From the human T2T-CHM13v2.0 reference genome, Homo sapiens, in the NCBI RefSeq assembly GCF_009914755.1, contig NC_060942.1: 64,000 nucleotides of DNA, one strand, 5' to 3'. Of the stretch, positions 29,243 to 42,408 are shown piece after piece. The first letter of the stretch is position 1; every line of letters starts with the position of its first letter. The position numbers and the translations under genes are program-made. The notes below the pieces were generated by a model. It was not told where the DNA came from, did not search any database, and saw only the letters and a list, made by a program, of their open reading frames with translations.

Positions 29243-29719
29243 TGCATGAGTTCCTTATTGCTGCTGCAACAAACTGTCACACATCTATTGGCTTAAAAGA
29301 ACATGCATTCATCCTCTTACAGTTACAGAGGTCAGAAGCCCAAAATAGGTCCCTCTAGGCTAAAGTGTGGGTTTGTGCAGAGCTGGTTTCTTCTGGAGGT
29401 TCTATGGGAGAATTTGTTTCCTTGCCTTTTCCAACTTCTAGAGGCCACCTGTGTTCATTCCTTGGCCCATGGGCCCTTTTTCACATCACTACAACCTCTT
29501 GCTTCTTTCATAATGTCTCCTAATACTGACTCATCTTATGTCCTGCCTCCATCTTATAGGGATTCTTGAATTACATCAAGTTCAGATAATGCAAGATAAT
29601 CTCCTTACCTCAAAACTTAATCACATCTGCAAAGTCTCTTTTCTCACTTAAGGCAAGATTCATAGGTACCAGAGATTAGCATTTGAAACCCTTTGGGGGC
29701 CATTTTTCAGTCTACCACA
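29243..29719 (-). mobile_element. MLT1C-like MaLR solo LTR
   Basis: TTGCTGCTGCAACAAA..GGCTTAAAA..CTTACAGTT..GAGGTCAGAAG; CCTTGCCTTTTCCAACTTCTAGAGGC; CTTAATCACATCTGCAAAGTC; ends CTACCACA. Confidence 0.9.
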
Positions 29720-29972
29720 GGCTACTAACCCTCTTAGATGCTCAATTTTATCAATTAAGGCCCATCTAAGTTTAATTCCTTACTACACTTCCAGAACCAT
29801 ACTGCTCTAATGTCTGTGTGTTTTTCCCTAGGGATTACTAAACATCATACATTCAGGTATCATTGCACCTGTGTGACAATAACCAGTCTGAGACTGGTAA
29901 TAGTTATTATCTACAAGGCCTGGCAGAATGTTTCAGGCAATGCTCAAAGTGCTTTTGCATCTTCTTTTTCAT

Positions 29973-31240
29973 AAATTCCAAAGAATCTCTTACTGTTTAC
30001 TGATTTTATTTACAAAGTCCTGGGTTCCCTGAAGAATTAGACATGGGACCCCTGTTAAGAAATTTCCAGTTGTATTTGACCAGTCACGTGGTTTTTAAAT
30101 GAAATATTCGTACATAAAAAGTACAAATGCATATATGTGGATATATTTCAAGATATAAGAATAATAACTTTTTCAATATTGTTGATCCCTCTATGTCTCT
30201 CTCCTGAGACATCAGACCAATTCCAAGTCTGAAAAATACATTGGCTGAGTGCTCCTAAAGCCTCTAAATGCTCCCAAACTTATTATTCTGTTTAGCTCTG
30301 TCCTGTTATTGCCAATTATAGTTAGGTTAAAAAAAAAAAGTATGACTTTGTAATGATAGTTTGCTTCATTGTTATTTATTTTGTTGATTAAAGACATAAT
30401 GAGGTCTTGGCACAGTTGGAATAATATTGGATTAAAGTTGTCATGATACATTATAAGACAATAGTCCTCTAAGGAATGTTTGTCTCCACTTAGGAGCCAC
30501 CTGTGGGGTGGGGAGGAGGTGGAACCTTTCCTATATTTAGATCTAAACATATTTAGAAGTCTGATGAGTTGCAGGGTAGAGTTGCAGTTGGCACGTTGTG
30601 ACAGGAAAGGATGCTAGAGCCCCTGAATTAGATTCACCCTAAAGAAAATATATGAGAGAAAATATATAAAAATATATTTTAATTCATACAGAAAGAAAAG
30701 TCTATCCAGGAGGCCAGGCTCAGCAATGGAACCTCAAGTTTGGAAGAGAGTGGTCATTTGAGTCTTTCTGGTTTCAGATTTTCAAACCAGTCCTGAGAAT
30801 ACTCCAAGGGCTTCCGTTTGCCCTAGGGAGAAAAACATTTGTGTGGAATGGAAAGTCATCTTTCTTGAGTCTGGAACACTATAGGGTGAAAGCACCCCGT
30901 TATGGGCAACCTCCTGAGGAGCACTGTCCAGAGTCAGGAATGGCGGTGATTCTTCATGATATATTATAAGACAGTAGTCCTCTAATAAATGTTTTCTCTA
31001 AGGAGGACTCAAAATTCTGAGCAATCTCTTACTGTGTACTGATTGCATTTACAAAGCACTGGGTTCCCTGATGATTCTAAGTCCTCCTTAGAGACAAAGG
31101 TTCCTTAGAGGACTATTATCTTATAATGTATCATGACAACTTTAATCCAATATTATTCAAACTCAGTTGAGACCCCATTATGTCTTCAATCAACAAAATA
31201 AATAATAATGAAGCAAACTATCATTACAAGAGCATAGTTT
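29973..31240. repeat. Complex local duplication: direct and inverted copies of two unique segments
   Basis: 30341-30486 inverted at 31091-31236; partial direct copy at 30954-31009; 29973-30035 copied at 31012-31074. Confidence 0.92.
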
Positions 31241-31924
31241 TCTTGTTTATTTTGTTTTGTTTTTACCTTTCTTTATCTTCATAATAAGAAGAAGAGTGAG
31301 AGCAACTTTGGGGCAAAGTGGCAGAAATCTGCCCCTTCCTAGAAGCAGAAAGGTGCATGGAGTAATGAGGCCCAGGCTGTGTATCGCCTGACAGTAAGGG
31401 GAACCAGCAGAGACAGGGTAGTCAGGCATCCACAGCAGGGCAAGCTGCCCAGTGTGGACTTCCCCAGGATAGACTAGGGGGCTTCCAGAGGTGCATAGGT
31501 CCAAGAGGAAAATTAGAAAGAGCAGCTCGTCTGTTTAAAAAAGGTAAGGCTTACATCTAATACAACACAGATTAAAAAGAATGCAACCTAAATCCTACCC
31601 TCAATTTAGCCTCTCCAGAGGCATTAGGGATACACAATGATTTGTAAAGCCATAAATGCAAGATTATCTTCATTCCTGTCTATTTCATCGTGTCACTCAG
31701 AAGAATTTTTTCACAAGGCGTATGTGTTCAAAAGCATGTGAAAACAAAGTAAACAATTGGAGAGTACATTGGAGGTTAAAAAAAGCTAGTGGAATTTCCA
31801 AAACCTCTGTCAGGTAAACTGTTGTACTCTATTATGCATGCATTAACACAGAAAACAAAATTTGCAGCATGAACTAGTTATTTATTCTTTCAGATTTCAA
31901 AAATCCATAAATTACCAGAGCCTA

Positions 31925-32157
31925 GAATGTTTCTCAGCAGCAGCACTATTGAAATTTTGGACCATATAATTCTTTCTTCTGGGATATATCTGTGTATTCT
32001 AAAATGCTTAGCAGCATCTCTGGCCTCTATCCACTGGATGCCAATAGCAAGCCCCCAGCTCTGACAATCCAAAATGTCTCTGGACACTTATTTACTACCC
32101 ATTGTCAAATGTCCCTGGAGGGAAAGATTACCCCCACTTTCTGGTTGAGAAATATTC
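31925..32157 (+). mobile_element. MER20 (hAT-Charlie)
   Basis: TTTCTCAGC..GCACTATTGAAATTTTGGACC..TAGCAGCATCTCTGGCCTCTATCCACTGGATGCCA..AAAATGTCTC..GGTTGAGAA; orientation relative to consensus not certain. Confidence 0.85.
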
Positions 32158-32442
32158 CTTTCAGGCAGTGAGCAGTAAGCCCAAGTTCAAAGTTATGAAT
32201 TCATTTCCAAATGATGTGTAGTAAATAATGCAAGTGAAGATATTATGCTCTGTAACTTCATAAGGTAAACTATTTATATTTTAGAGATAAATCCAGATTA
32301 ATATGTAAATATTAAAAACAGCATTGATTGTTTTATGATATATTTAACAATTATATTTAGAAAATTTTATTAAAAGCAGAAGGATCATGCAAGCTTTCTT
32401 AAGGCCCAAACATAAAAATGTGGCTTTGACCATATATAAAAG

Positions 32443-32444
<2 letters not shown>

Positions 32445-32482
<38 letters not shown>
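32445..32482. repeat. (TTA)12 microsatellite
   Basis: Directly visible. Confidence 0.97.
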
Positions 32483-33398
32483 TTAATCCCACAAAGGAAG
32501 AAGAGAGAGTCAGACAGGAAAATAATATTTGGAAAGTTTTTTCTTATTCTTTTATATTGTGGTAATAAAGAGTTTTCTCATCATTTGTGGTTCTTTGTTC
32601 CAAAATGAGGTAGATAACATGGAAAAGCAATTTGATTATTTTAAATAACACTTTTAGGAAAAAAAATAGCAGTGTTTTGTACTTGCAGAATATGTACTTC
32701 AAATTACCCACACAGAAACATTTCAAAACAGATGAAACTACAAAAATTGAGACATTATAAATGATAAACTGATAAGCCTTTTCTCTGTTGAATTATGAAA
32801 GAAACTTACCAGAGAACAGTAAAAAGCATTTAGTGTAGAGATACATGATTTTATTTCTTCTGCAGAAAAAGAAGGCACAAAAGTGAATTCACCTCTACAG
32901 TCATAGAGATGAATTTAAAAACCAATAAAACCCATGGGTACAATCTGCAAAACTGAAGGGAAACATGGCTAGCGCAGTATCATTCAACATTTACCAATAT
33001 ATTTATATATTAGGATTTTTTTATTTATTCACTCAAGACATTTCTCTATAACAGTAAACCTTAGAGAACAGTCCATGAAAATACTGCCTGAAAGAAACAC
33101 ATATTAAAAGTTTAAAGCAGTGATTTCATAGCATTGCTCAGATTAAGTTTTTTATCTCCAGTATTACTGCATGATAAAGAAAATCAAATAAATTTCACTC
33201 ATGAGGTTTTTTCCCAGAGCTCCTGATTGACAGTGAAAATGTCAGGAGAAGATAAATGCACATATATTGCTGTTGCTTTTTGTCTCATAACTAACCATTT
33301 AACTCCTACAGCAATAGAAAAAAATCATAACACAGGCTTGAGAAAGAACACAGTAGAGCACCCTGGAAATAGACAAGTCTAGACTGAAGCCCTGGCCA

Positions 33399-33507
33399 AA
33401 ACTCAGTGTCCTTGTAGAGCTTACTGTAATATATTGTAATATACCTTGTAGAGCTTACTGTGATAAACTCAGTGTCCTTGTAGAGCTTACTGTAATATAC
33501 TGTAATA
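33399..33507. repeat. Local tandem triplication of CCTTGTAGAGCTTACTGT inside a MIR-like remnant
   Basis: Directly visible. Confidence 0.9.
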
Positions 33508-33584
33508 AAAAGTTGAAATAGCTATTGTTACAAAATGGCAATAAATAAAAATATATTTTAATTAATGCAGATGTGAACTCATTG

Positions 33585-34134
33585 TTATTTATTTTATCTA
33601 ATTTCTTTTTGAGATTAAGATCTCACTGTCAGCCAGGCAGGAGTGCAGTGGTACAAACATGGTTCACTGTAACATCAACCTCTTGAATTCAAGTGATCCT
33701 CCTACTTTAGCCTCCTGAATAGCTGCCCAGGCTCTGTATTCTGGAGTGCAGTGGCCAGGTCCAGGCTCACTGCAGTCTCCTCCCCAGCTCAGGTGATCCT
33801 CCCACCTCAGTCTCTGTAGTAGCTAGGACTACAAGTATATGCCACCACGCCCAGCTAATTTTTGTATTTTTTGTAGAGACAGGGTTTTGCTAAGTTGCCC
33901 AAGCTGGTCTTGAGCTGCTGAGCTCAAGCAATACAACTGCCTCAGCCTCCCAAAGTGCTAGGATAATAGGCATGAGCCACCACACCTGGCCAATTTTTTT
34001 ATTTTTTTTATTTTTTGTGGCGACAGTGTCTCACCATGTTGCCTATGCTGCTGTCGAGCTCCTGGGCTATGCAATCCTTCTCCCTTGGCCTCCCAAAGTG
34101 TTGGGATTAGACGCATGAACCACTATGCCTAGCC
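33585..34134 (-). mobile_element. Composite AluJ (Alu nested in or recombined with Alu)
   Basis: Partial right arm 33600-33725, tail-less dimer 33726-33991, left arm 33992-34134; AluJ-type GATCCTCC..ACCTCAG and CTGAGCTCAAGCAAT. Confidence 0.88.
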
Positions 34135-34189
34135 AGATGTAAGTTTTAAAAAGGATATTCTAGCCCAAACAAGGTACAGTACACACACA

Positions 34190-34560
34190 TTTTCTCTTTT
34201 CTTTCCATCAGATCCAGCTAAAATCACTGAACATTATATAAAATACTACAAAAGGTAGAAGGGAGAAAACAGATGGGCTAGGGACCCTCAAACCCAAGGA
34301 ACCACGCAATAGTAACTTTGTAGGTTTTCTTCTAGCCTCCTTTGTATCCTGGAGAAACTGGCAGCTGGGAAACTACACATCAAGAAAAGACTGCTTTCTT
34401 TAGCCAAAGGATTAAGAAAGGATAGTCAAGAAAAACAACAATTTTAGCAATAATTGCCCTGCTATAGTCAAACACAATGGTGGAAAAGCATAGCCTCCTG
34501 CCACCCACCAGCAAAGAATTCAGCTCCTCCTGGCCAGAAATTGACAAATTCCAGCAGCAG
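34190..34560 (+). mobile_element. Old L1M 5'-region fragment
   Basis: CAGCTAAAATCACTGAACATTATATAAAA..GATGGGCTAGGGACC..AACCCAAGGA resembles L1MD/ME 5' ends. Confidence 0.5.
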
Positions 34561-34929
34561 CAACTCCTCTCCTAGTTCTTAGAAAGAACGTACTGCCTGC
34601 TAAATAAATAAATAAATAAGACGCAATCCTGTTTCATAAATAACTTTTTATACTTCTTTATCACTCCTCAGATTTTAATTAGGTCCTATTGATGCCCATG
34701 AAGTAGACAAAGCAAAATTAATGTATTCATTTCACTTTTTTTTCTGCCTTACTCTATGAACCAAGTCATTGAATGGGTCACCTATTCATTCCTTCATCTA
34801 CCTTGATAACAACCTTTCATCTTTCAAATCTCAAAAGATGCCGTAAAGATACCATTTCCAAAAAGCCAAATTCCTTGAATGAAACCTCTACCTGTATCTG
34901 GGTTTCCATGAGTTCAGCAGCACCTTGAC

Positions 34930-35105
34930 ATTTTTTTCTTTGGTTGGTTTTTGCTTTTGGAGACAGGGTCTCGCTCTGTCACCCAGGCTGGAGTACAGTG
35001 GCACCATCATAGCTCACTGCAAGCTCCCACTCGTTGACTCAAGCCGTTGTTTGAACTCAGCCTCCAAAAGCTCTGGGATTACAGGTGTGAGCCACTGTGT
35101 CCAGC
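34930..35105 (-). mobile_element. Alu monomer (FRAM/FAM-like)
   Basis: Single arm GAGACAGGGTCTCGCTCTGTCACCCAGG..CATAGCTCACTGCA..GGGATTACAGGTGTGAGCCAC. Confidence 0.85.
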
Positions 35106-36089
35106 GTAAGGTATTTTTAATTGCCCATTTCAAGATGAGAATATTAATTCTCAGGGAGGCCTGGCCGTATTTTTGCAGCATGGAGTCCAAATACCATCTT
35201 TGCAAGGTATGTACTCTGGAACCTAGAGGACATGGCTGTAGCCTGAAATTCTGTTACATTTCATGCTCAGATTGTATGAGATATATATGCAAATCATGTC
35301 CCAGAAACAACCCTGATATCTATATACTCTCCAGGGTATATAAATTCTGCTGTGTTTGATAAAGCTTTAGACAAAATCCTTAATTGATTTTCATAAGGCA
35401 AAGTAATAATCTATTCTTGGCAGGCGTGCTCATTCTTTCAGACAACAAACACAATTCTTGATAGGCAATGGTTAGACAGGGAAAACCCATTGCAATGAGA
35501 CTTGCATTTTCAAGATAAAAAATATCACAGCTTTAGTATCATTTGAGCGTTTGTAGATAATTTAGAGTTTATTACTAACTCCATATATCTCAATAAGGAA
35601 CAATGTTTCTGCATTCCTCTGACAGAATATACTCAGCCTTCAGGAGCATTTTATCCAGAATAGAGTTCTCTTTTAAAACTGCCTTTGTCCTCCTTTACAA
35701 ACTACTCATCTCAGCAAAGTATATTATGTAGTCACACATTTAATAAACTTAACAAATACATTATAAAATGTTATTTCCTTTTCCCTGCGTTTAAAAGCAA
35801 CCACATAGTCTGTATAGATTAAATAAAATATAGTCCTTTTAAAATTATTGTTATTCTTACATTAGAAAAGAGAGTGTCAAGTTGCTTGCTCCTGGCTGGA
35901 GCAGAAGTAAAAGAATATAGAGGGTTATGGCTGCCCATCTCAGACCTCTAGCCACATGAGTTTTGTCTCTTTTCCTCATTATCTCTGCGTTGCTTAGTTA
36001 AAAATAAGGTGCTAGAAATCCAACATTCTGCTGATCTTTCTTCACCTTGACATAGAACCAAGGACAAAGACCTACACACTAACAGGTAA

Positions 36090-36461
<372 letters not shown>

Positions 36462-37206
36462 GCTCTTTTTAATTAAATTTACAAGATATTGCTGAAGCAA
36501 AGGGGAAAAAGTTAGAAAAATATACATAAAACATAACTTTTTAGCAACAGGAAGTATTTCATTATCTTTTATGAAAGATATCTTTTATGAAAGTTTTTAG
36601 AAAACCAAATTTGATAAGCTTTTATATTCTTTCCTTCTCTTAAAGTATCCATTTCATGGGAAATAGAGAGGGCATATATGGGAGAACATAGAAGCCATGA
36701 AATTTTAAATTTGCTTAAATAAACTTTGTTTTGCATGAACATTTGAAAAATAGTTTTTTTAACGTGTTGTGTATCCAGTTAGGAAACAAAAATAAAATTT
36801 GGATCTTACATTACATAAGCAAATGTATTTAATATGCCTTCAAATGCCTTTCCAAATTTATGTCATGATAGAGATATGTTCTACTCCTTTATACTCCATG
36901 TCTTTGAAGGGAACTTCACCATAAATGGTATTTTCTTCTCTATTCGTGCAACTTAAAATTCTACCCATATGTCTAGGAAGCTCATCTCAATATCGTCTTG
37001 TCATGCTAGTTTCTCCTACTTCCCAACTAACTTGAGGTTATCCTTTGCTCTCTTAAACCCCGAAGAATGTTGTAGAACACTGGAATACTCACCTTAAGTC
37101 ATTTGTTGGCAGCGTCACTGCAGTAGCCCTACATTAAAGATTCAAATATGGGCACCTGGGAAGAGAGAAGAACATGAAAGTGAGCAAAATAGATAGAAAG
37201 AGTCAA

Positions 37207-37253
37207 GTACATACATACATGCATGCATACATACATACATACATACATACATA
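37207..37253. repeat. (TACA)n interrupted microsatellite
   Basis: Directly visible. Confidence 0.9.
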
Positions 37254-37375
37254 AAACAAACAAAAAAAAAGCAGATAAACAAAGACATAGCTCATTATTT
37301 GAATAAGTCAATCAGTGAGTATAAGCCCAACTGGAATGTGAGAGGGAGAACAGCTATCTGTTTTTCACAGAAACC

Positions 37376-37685
<310 letters not shown>

Positions 37686-38549
37686 AAATCTTTTTGATTT
37701 CTATAATGCTTATGATAGCAGAAGCTCATCATTCTAGATTGATTCAATCAGAGAAATATTTGTTTCAATGCTGGACGATTACCTTAGGTTTAGGTTTACT
37801 CCTCTTTGACAATTTCCTTAGGGTTTTTCAACGGTGATTCTGCCAATATGTGTTTTTCAACTTATAGGGTGATTCTAGAATCCAACAGATTTGGCAGATA
37901 CTACTGTAATAGTGTTTTTAAAACTCTCCTGTGATAAGAATTGTAAACCCCTGTTGACAAGAATCATGTACCCTTGCAGTTGTTATCACAGAACCAGACA
38001 CATAATTTATATTCAATAGTCTAAAACACAGAACTGTTTAATTGAGATCTCAGATTAGTTGTTTCCATGGTAATTTCTACCTGCACTCATGAATATTTAC
38101 AATCTGATAGGCAAGTTAATAATACAAACAGGAGCAAAAAAAATCCGAATTACTTTATTTTAGCAGTTGAATCATGGTCATATACAGAGTGCAACAGTGA
38201 ACATAGAACTCTAACGTATATTCATCTAAAATGTTAATACTTTTTTCTTCTCAATACAACAAATAGTGATATTTGGAACTTTGAAATTTACAACAAAATC
38301 TATGGCAAGTCTATGAAAATAGTAGTCATATGACTTGTTTTCTGGCATTTGTCAATCATATAAGAACATATATTTTCATTTTGGATGAAGAAGACAAAAG
38401 CATTTGACAGAGATAAACTGTTGTTGGATTTGCTCATTTTGTAGTAACAGATTTCTGAACAGATTTTTATAGCAGGTGTTGCCCATATCCCCATGTAAAA
38501 GGAGTCTATGGGGCCTGTGTTGATGAATTGATATATTTAAAAGAACACT

Positions 38550-38564
38550 TTCTCTCTCTCTCTG

Positions 38565-38607
<43 letters not shown>
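38550..38607. repeat. Compound (TC)n(CA)21 microsatellite
   Basis: Directly visible. Confidence 0.97.
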
Positions 38608-38609
<2 letters not shown>

Positions 38610-38783
38610 TACACACTGCATAATTGCCTCCACTACAACCCAATTCCATGATATATTCTCTAATTGCAGAATTGTTAAACCTGGTCCTTTACTGATGCAT
38701 TATTTCTAATTCAGAACTCATTCTTTAACCTTATTTTCAAAAGTATACCGCCAATAATTGTTTATTAAAAGATCAGTGTTATT

Positions 38784-38863
38784 GGCTGGGCGTGGTGGCT
38801 CACACCTGTAATCCTAGCACTTTGGGAGGCAGAGGCGAGTGAATCACCTGAGCTTGGGAGTTA
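38784..38863 (+). mobile_element. Alu 5' fragment (~80 bp, 3'-deleted)
   Basis: GGCTGGGCGTGGTGGCTCACACCTGTAATCCTAGCACTTTGGGAGG..GGGAGTT then unrelated AT-rich DNA. Confidence 0.92.
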
Positions 38864-39288
38864 TTAAATCACATGTAAAAAACAATTCTCTAAACATAAT
38901 AACTATAAAAAGTATATTTTCCTTAAAATATGAATATACTTCAAATGTCATCATAAATTTTAAATCCTACCATTATTCAATACACTAGAATTTGATTTTC
39001 AAAAGAGCAATATAGAGTTACTTATGCATTCACATGAAAAATATACATATTCACTAAACATTTTATGTATGGAAATGAACAACAGTATCTAATTTTCATT
39101 TCATTTTAATAGATGTTTAATGGTGTAAATATTGCTTAGATTTGTATTCATGGAAGCCCGCCACCAAATAATTTGCACTTCATTATGCAGTTTTCTCATA
39201 TTTCCTTTTTTACCTTTTAATTAGAGAAATTATAATGTCCATAATCTTGACCAGCAGGCAGATAACTTACAACACTTTTGCTGATTAA

Positions 39289-39669
<381 letters not shown>

Positions 39670-39772
39670 TGATAGCTTAATACTGTTAATGAAACATAAG
39701 CCAGAGCCTCCCATCTGCCAACACTGGCTTAGTTGTTATCAAGGAAATCTTTCTGCTCTGTCCACCAAAAAT

Positions 39773-39807
<35 letters not shown>

Positions 39808-40110
39808 CAAAAAAAACCCACCATGATGATTAATAGTTATAAATCAACTATATGTTAGTGTGTAAATTTTAGTAAATCCATCCCTGCTATTGGAAATAAA
39901 TACAACTCAAAACATTTGGTATTGCAGTAGCATCATCTAACCACATGGAAATATGTTAAAACTATGTATATAAACTAAATAATACAGCAAATTCCATAAT
40001 TACATGGTCAATCAGATAGATTAGTTCAGAGACCTTCATCTGACCTCATGATATGCTTATATACATGTTAAATATGAGATCTATTTTTAAAATGTATTTG
40101 AGATATTTAA

Positions 40111-40338
40111 AAACACATGGACACATAAAGGGGAAGAATACACACAGATGTCTTCTGGAAAGTGCAGGGTGGAGGATGGGAGGGAAGGTAGGATCAGGAA
40201 AAATACCTAATGGGTACTAGGTTTAATACCTTAGTGACGAAATAATCTGTACAACAAACCTTCATGACGAAAGTTTACCTATGTAACAAACCTGCACTGT
40301 ACCCCTGAATTTAAAATAAGTTAATAAATAAATAAAAA
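40111..40338 (+). mobile_element. L1PA (L1PA13-like) 3'UTR fragment
   Basis: AACACATGGACAC..GGATCAGGAAAAATACCTAATGGGTACTAGG..GTGACGAAATAATCTGTACAACAAACC; A-tail. Confidence 0.9.
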
Positions 40339-42036
40339 TCTAACAGATTTTTAAAAATTCTCTACTTATCCTAATAGTTTATAGTAAGTGTGACTAAAAT
40401 TTGACAAGTGTAATTCAAATATGAAAAATAATACCCTGGACATCTTTGCCCCACCTGCTGTACTCGAAAAGTTTCTTTTAATATAAAAAAAATTAGTTCT
40501 ATCTTCTTTTACATCATTTATCAGGCGTATTTATTCCTTGAACTTTGCTAGATTTGCTCATTGTCTCATTTCATGAATGAAGTGAGCAATATCAGTACAT
40601 TTGTTCATAGCTATAAATTAATGCATTATTAATTTATAGTTATTTTGGAGTATGGTAAGATAGTGCATTTAATCATGGCGGACAGATAAACCAAGGCCAT
40701 TTCATGGGATCAAAGAATTTGTGAAATTAAAATCTTGCTAGAAATAAAATTTAGGGGAATAAAAAGAACCTTCCTAAGAAAACTTATGGCTCATAAAACG
40801 ATCCTTTACGTAAATGGTTAAACTGGTTCACACACTGAACTTAAAATTTCCAGGTCATTTTTAAAACTTACTTATTTAATGAATTACAGGCATTCAAACT
40901 CAAACCTAATATGTGACTCAAGCAAATGGCTCATTACTAATATGGAGGCCAATGGAATCCCTTATATGAAGAGTGACACATTTACTAGCAGTGATTTTGT
41001 CTATTCATCTAATTCCATCTATTGACCTTCCAAAGAGATAGCTTCAAATCTTCACGGCTTACCTGGTCTTTCAGAAAGTCAGACAAGCTCTCAAGAACCT
41101 CTAATTAAATATTTCCTCAATGCAGTTTCTTCTACATCAAGTTCCCAGCTTTTCTCTTAGTCTAACCTCAATGACTTTGATCCAATTTCCATCTAAACAA
41201 ATAAAAATTTCACAATGCACATGATCTCCCCTTCCTTCACTTACAGAAGTGAATGGGGAACTAAATATGGCATTTTCTAAGTTGTAGTATGTGGCATCAA
41301 AGCTAATTGCAAACCAGATCAATTAGGACCATATTCCCCAAGAGGAAACTCTGAAGCCTGACAGTCACCAAAACCAAACCCCCATTTCATGCTATCTTCT
41401 CTTATGCCATTCCAGTAGGACCTCAGCCTGAAGAATCGCTGCTAGGGTGGGAAGAGGCCCTAAATGCCAGGTTCAGAGTTCTGTACTGCAATTAGAAAAG
41501 GCACAGATATACCCAGGGGTAAGTCAAAGCAGATCTTCAACAAGAAGCCAGACCACACCCAAACACTGCCCTTTCCGTTTTCATCTGCATCTCCTGTGTA
41601 AGTGTCATCATTTGCCTTGACTCTGAGAGATAAGGGCTCCTAGATCAGCCCTCTTGCATAACACTGCCTTGTTTTATATCAATTTAATTCCTGGCAGCAG
41701 AGGACAAACAAAGCAAAGTTATGCTGATTTGGGATGTTCCTTCACAGTATGCCCCACATCTCACTTGTAAGAACCTGATTCTTTGATGGACCACTTAATC
41801 CCTTAGGATGGAAGTTGAGGCATTTTTTTGATGAAAGGGAAATTTCTGGCAGGAAAAAAAAAAAAGAATCAGTCTATCTTAGAATAGATATATAAATGAC
41901 TGGTTTCACATTTTGGTATAATAATGAATACTTCTCTTATTACCTAGAGGATCCTATAGCTTCAGGCATCTTTTAAATGTGTGACATAACAAAGGGAAAT
42001 TAATATAAGTGAGGGATTTTTTTAAATACCAAGTAA

Positions 42037-42408
<372 letters not shown>

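Noticed and set aside
33399-33507. Repeat-spacer-like pattern (also 16791-16839) as a CRISPR array
   Set aside because: Only 2-3 units, spacers are not unique or of constant length, no cas genes, primate DNA.
36563-36593. 15-bp tandem duplication TATCTTTTATGAAAG
   Set aside because: Ordinary slippage duplication in AT-rich DNA.
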